A stretch of 64,000 bases of DNA from Carpediemonas membranifera BICM (Eukaryota > Protista > Fornicata): contig JAHDYR010000016.1 in NCBI GenBank assembly GCA_019828565.1, positions 124,001 to 188,000 of the forward strand, in the 5' to 3' direction. Shown here piece by piece: positions 62,257 to 64,000 of the stretch. Numbering within the stretch: the first letter of the stretch is position 1; each line of letters starts with the position of its first letter. The position numbers and the translations under genes were made by a program. The notes under the pieces are model-generated. The model saw nothing but the letters and a program-made list of their open reading frames with translations, made no database searches and had not been told where the DNA came from.

Positions 62257-64000
62257 ATGACAAACGACGACTTCGAATCATCTGTGGGATTGTCATGTGT
62301 GGTTCTCGGCTTCGTTTCTGTTGGGAAAAGCTCTGTTATTGCGAAAATGGTGGATCCTGAAGCTCCTTTGGTTGCTGAGAATGTGCTAGGCATCAACCTC
62401 ACCAGGAGGGTTACAACGGTGGATGAAAACGAAGTTCAGATCTCTTTCTGGGATACTCCCGGTCAGGATCGTTTCACATCGCTGAGTCACTTCTGTTTGG
62501 CACGCAAGCACGACTTCATCCTTGCTTTCTATTCACTCCACGACAAGAAGAGCTTTGATGCTCTAGATAGCTACATGGGCACGGTCCGCAAGCACGCTAT
62601 TGTTACTGACGGACTCCTCCCCCCAGTCTTCTGCATCGGGACCAAGGCAGACTTGCCGCAGGTCGTGACCGATGATGCCATTGAAGAGAAGATGGCGCAG
62701 CTTGGATTCGAGGACCATTACAAGACGTCTGCCTTGCTCAACCAGGGCATTGCCGAGGCGATAGAAGACATTGCTGCGAGAGCCATTCGCATCCCATTGA
62801 TTGCCCGAGAAGTTAGGATTACTGAAATCGGCGAGCATGCATTGCGCGCATTGAAATCGATACCACCGGAGACACTATCTCAATGGGATGCCGTCCTTGC
62901 GATCGACCGGCTTCACTCGCTCATCGACGAGAACGACCGGGTGCGGGTGAGGGAAATGCTGAGGGACAAAACCCTCGGCCATGTGGTACTCAACGGCCGT
63001 GACAGTAGCGGACGCACGCCACTCTATAAGGCGTTTAGCCTCGGCCACCAAACGGTCTTTGAGGCCCTGATCCAGGCTGGTGCATCGTTTGACAATTTTT
63101 CCGGCGGCCATCCTCTTCTATCAATCGTGGCCAACCCGGCAATGCTTGACACGTGTGTCCGTGCGAACTTATTGACACCGGTTCTCGTCAATATGGACCA
63201 TAACGACGGGAATCACGATTTTACTCTCCTGGCCTTTGCAATTCTGCATCGATACTGGGACTCCGCGAAGATTCTCCTCAATATCGGAGCCAACCCACTC
63301 CTCCCTGGGCTCGGCATAAGCGCGGTGCGGGCTGTCCGACCTGTTCTGGGTCCTGAGGCCGACGAGGTCCGTGACCTCATCCACCGGGAGGTGGCGAAGA
63401 AGCTTACTACGGCCGTAGACCGGAGCAAGGTCAACCATGCGGCAGCAATTGTCTGCTCAGCCGACGTCGCCAATGGCTCACCTCTCTTGAACACCCCGCC
63501 ACCTCTACTGAACGCAGTCAAGGCAGGCAATGTACAAATGACGAAGTTGCTGCTGGAACATGGCGCTGACCCGACCACCAGCTTCAGGGGAAAGACAGCG
63601 CTCCAATTGGCCAATAGTGACGAAGTTCGCGAGCTCCTCCGTAGTGCCGAGAACCACGCAGCTTTAGACAAGATCGACCCCGTCAAGTTCAAGCACTCAA
63701 TGGAGGACATCATGGACGACGACGGCATCACATTCGACCCCGCCGCATGCCTCGGGGTGGGAGGCATGGCGGCCGTCTACCGTGGCCGACACAGCGACTC
63801 AACCTGCGCAGTCAAGGTGGTCGATCTCACCAAGATGGAGGATTACGAGTTCCGACAGCTCCAGAGCGAGCTGTACATCCACCAGCTGCTGCGACACAAG
63901 AATGTCATCGCCCTGTACGCCATGACCCAAAGTGTGACCGAGATCCGTTTGGCAATGGAGCTGGCGTCGGGCTCTCTGTGGCACCTCATCGATGGAATAA
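62257..64000 (+). CDS. Rab-like GTPase + ankyrin + protein kinase fusion; runs off window end
   Basis: Single open frame: GFVSVGKS, WDTPGQDRF, GTKADL, TSAL; ankyrins (AVKAGNVQMTKLLLEHGADP); LGVGGMAAVYRG..CAVK..E..LRHKNVI. Confidence 0.85.
   Translation, partial: MTNDDFESSVGLSCVVLGFVSVGKSSVIAKMVDPEAPLVAENVLGINLTRRVTTVDENEVQISFWDTPGQDRFTSLSHFCLARKHDFILAFYSLHDKKSFDALDSYMGTVRKHAIVTDGLLPPVFCIGTKADLPQVVTDDAIEEKMAQLGFEDHYKTSALLNQGIAEAIEDIAARAIRIPLIAREVRITEIGEHALRALKSIPPETLSQWDAVLAIDRLHSLIDENDRVRVREMLRDKTLGHVVLNGRDSSGRTPLYKAFSLGHQTVFEALIQAGASFDNFSGGHPLLSIVANPAMLDTCVRANLLTPVLVNMDHNDGNHDFTLLAFAILHRYWDSAKILLNIGANPLLPGLGISAVRAVRPVLGPEADEVRDLIHREVAKKLTTAVDRSKVNHAAAIVCSADVANGSPLLNTPPPLLNAVKAGNVQMTKLLLEHGADPTTSFRGKTALQLANSDEVRELLRSAENHAALDKIDPVKFKHSMEDIMDDDGITFDPAACLGVGGMAAVYRGRHSDSTCAVKVVDLTKMEDYEFRQLQSELYIHQLLRHKNVIALYAMTQSVTEIRLAMELASGSLWHLIDGI

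Noticed and set aside
1-64000. CRISPR array or prokaryotic operon
   Set aside because: No repeat-spacer array was seen; spliceosomal introns and eukaryote-specific genes show this is nuclear eukaryotic DNA.
1-64000. Many long antisense or overlapping ORFs (e.g. 7848-8858, 13003-13989, 18695-19807, 35218-36231)
   Set aside because: They are shadows of high-GC3 genes on the opposite strand and carry no recognisable motifs.
1-64000. tRNA or rRNA genes
   Set aside because: No cloverleaf or rRNA signature was recognised; tRNAscan-SE and barrnap would be needed to exclude them fully.

Overview
This is gene-dense (~42 protein genes in 64 kb), GC-rich eukaryotic DNA using the standard genetic code, with 28-32 nt GT-AG introns. 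The tiny introns, fused branch-point/3' splice sites, iPGM, presequence-bearing glycine-cleavage H protein and ciliary genes (TTLL, CEP97, WDR17) suggest a free-living metamonad-like protist such as Carpediemonas; this is inference, not verified. Main discovery: two decayed, related Fanzor1 (eukaryotic TnpB-like RNA-guided nuclease) loci at ~2.0-3.0 kb and ~48.8-49.3 kb. Each is followed by a three-hairpin omegaRNA-like structure that ends just upstream of a host gene (Sec20, ARP3). Other notable items: a membrane-anchored tandem fusion of degenerate UDP-galactopyranose mutase and DUF707 domains with a near-identical 1.15 kb internal duplication; four Arp2/3-pathway genes (BRK1, WASP, ARPC3, ARP3) within 18 kb; strong strand bias (39 of 42 genes on the minus strand); an Aquarius homolog lacking Walker A; a Rab-ankyrin-kinase fusion; and a 136-bp dispersed inverted repeat. 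All family calls are from motif recognition by eye; no database searches or folding programs were run.
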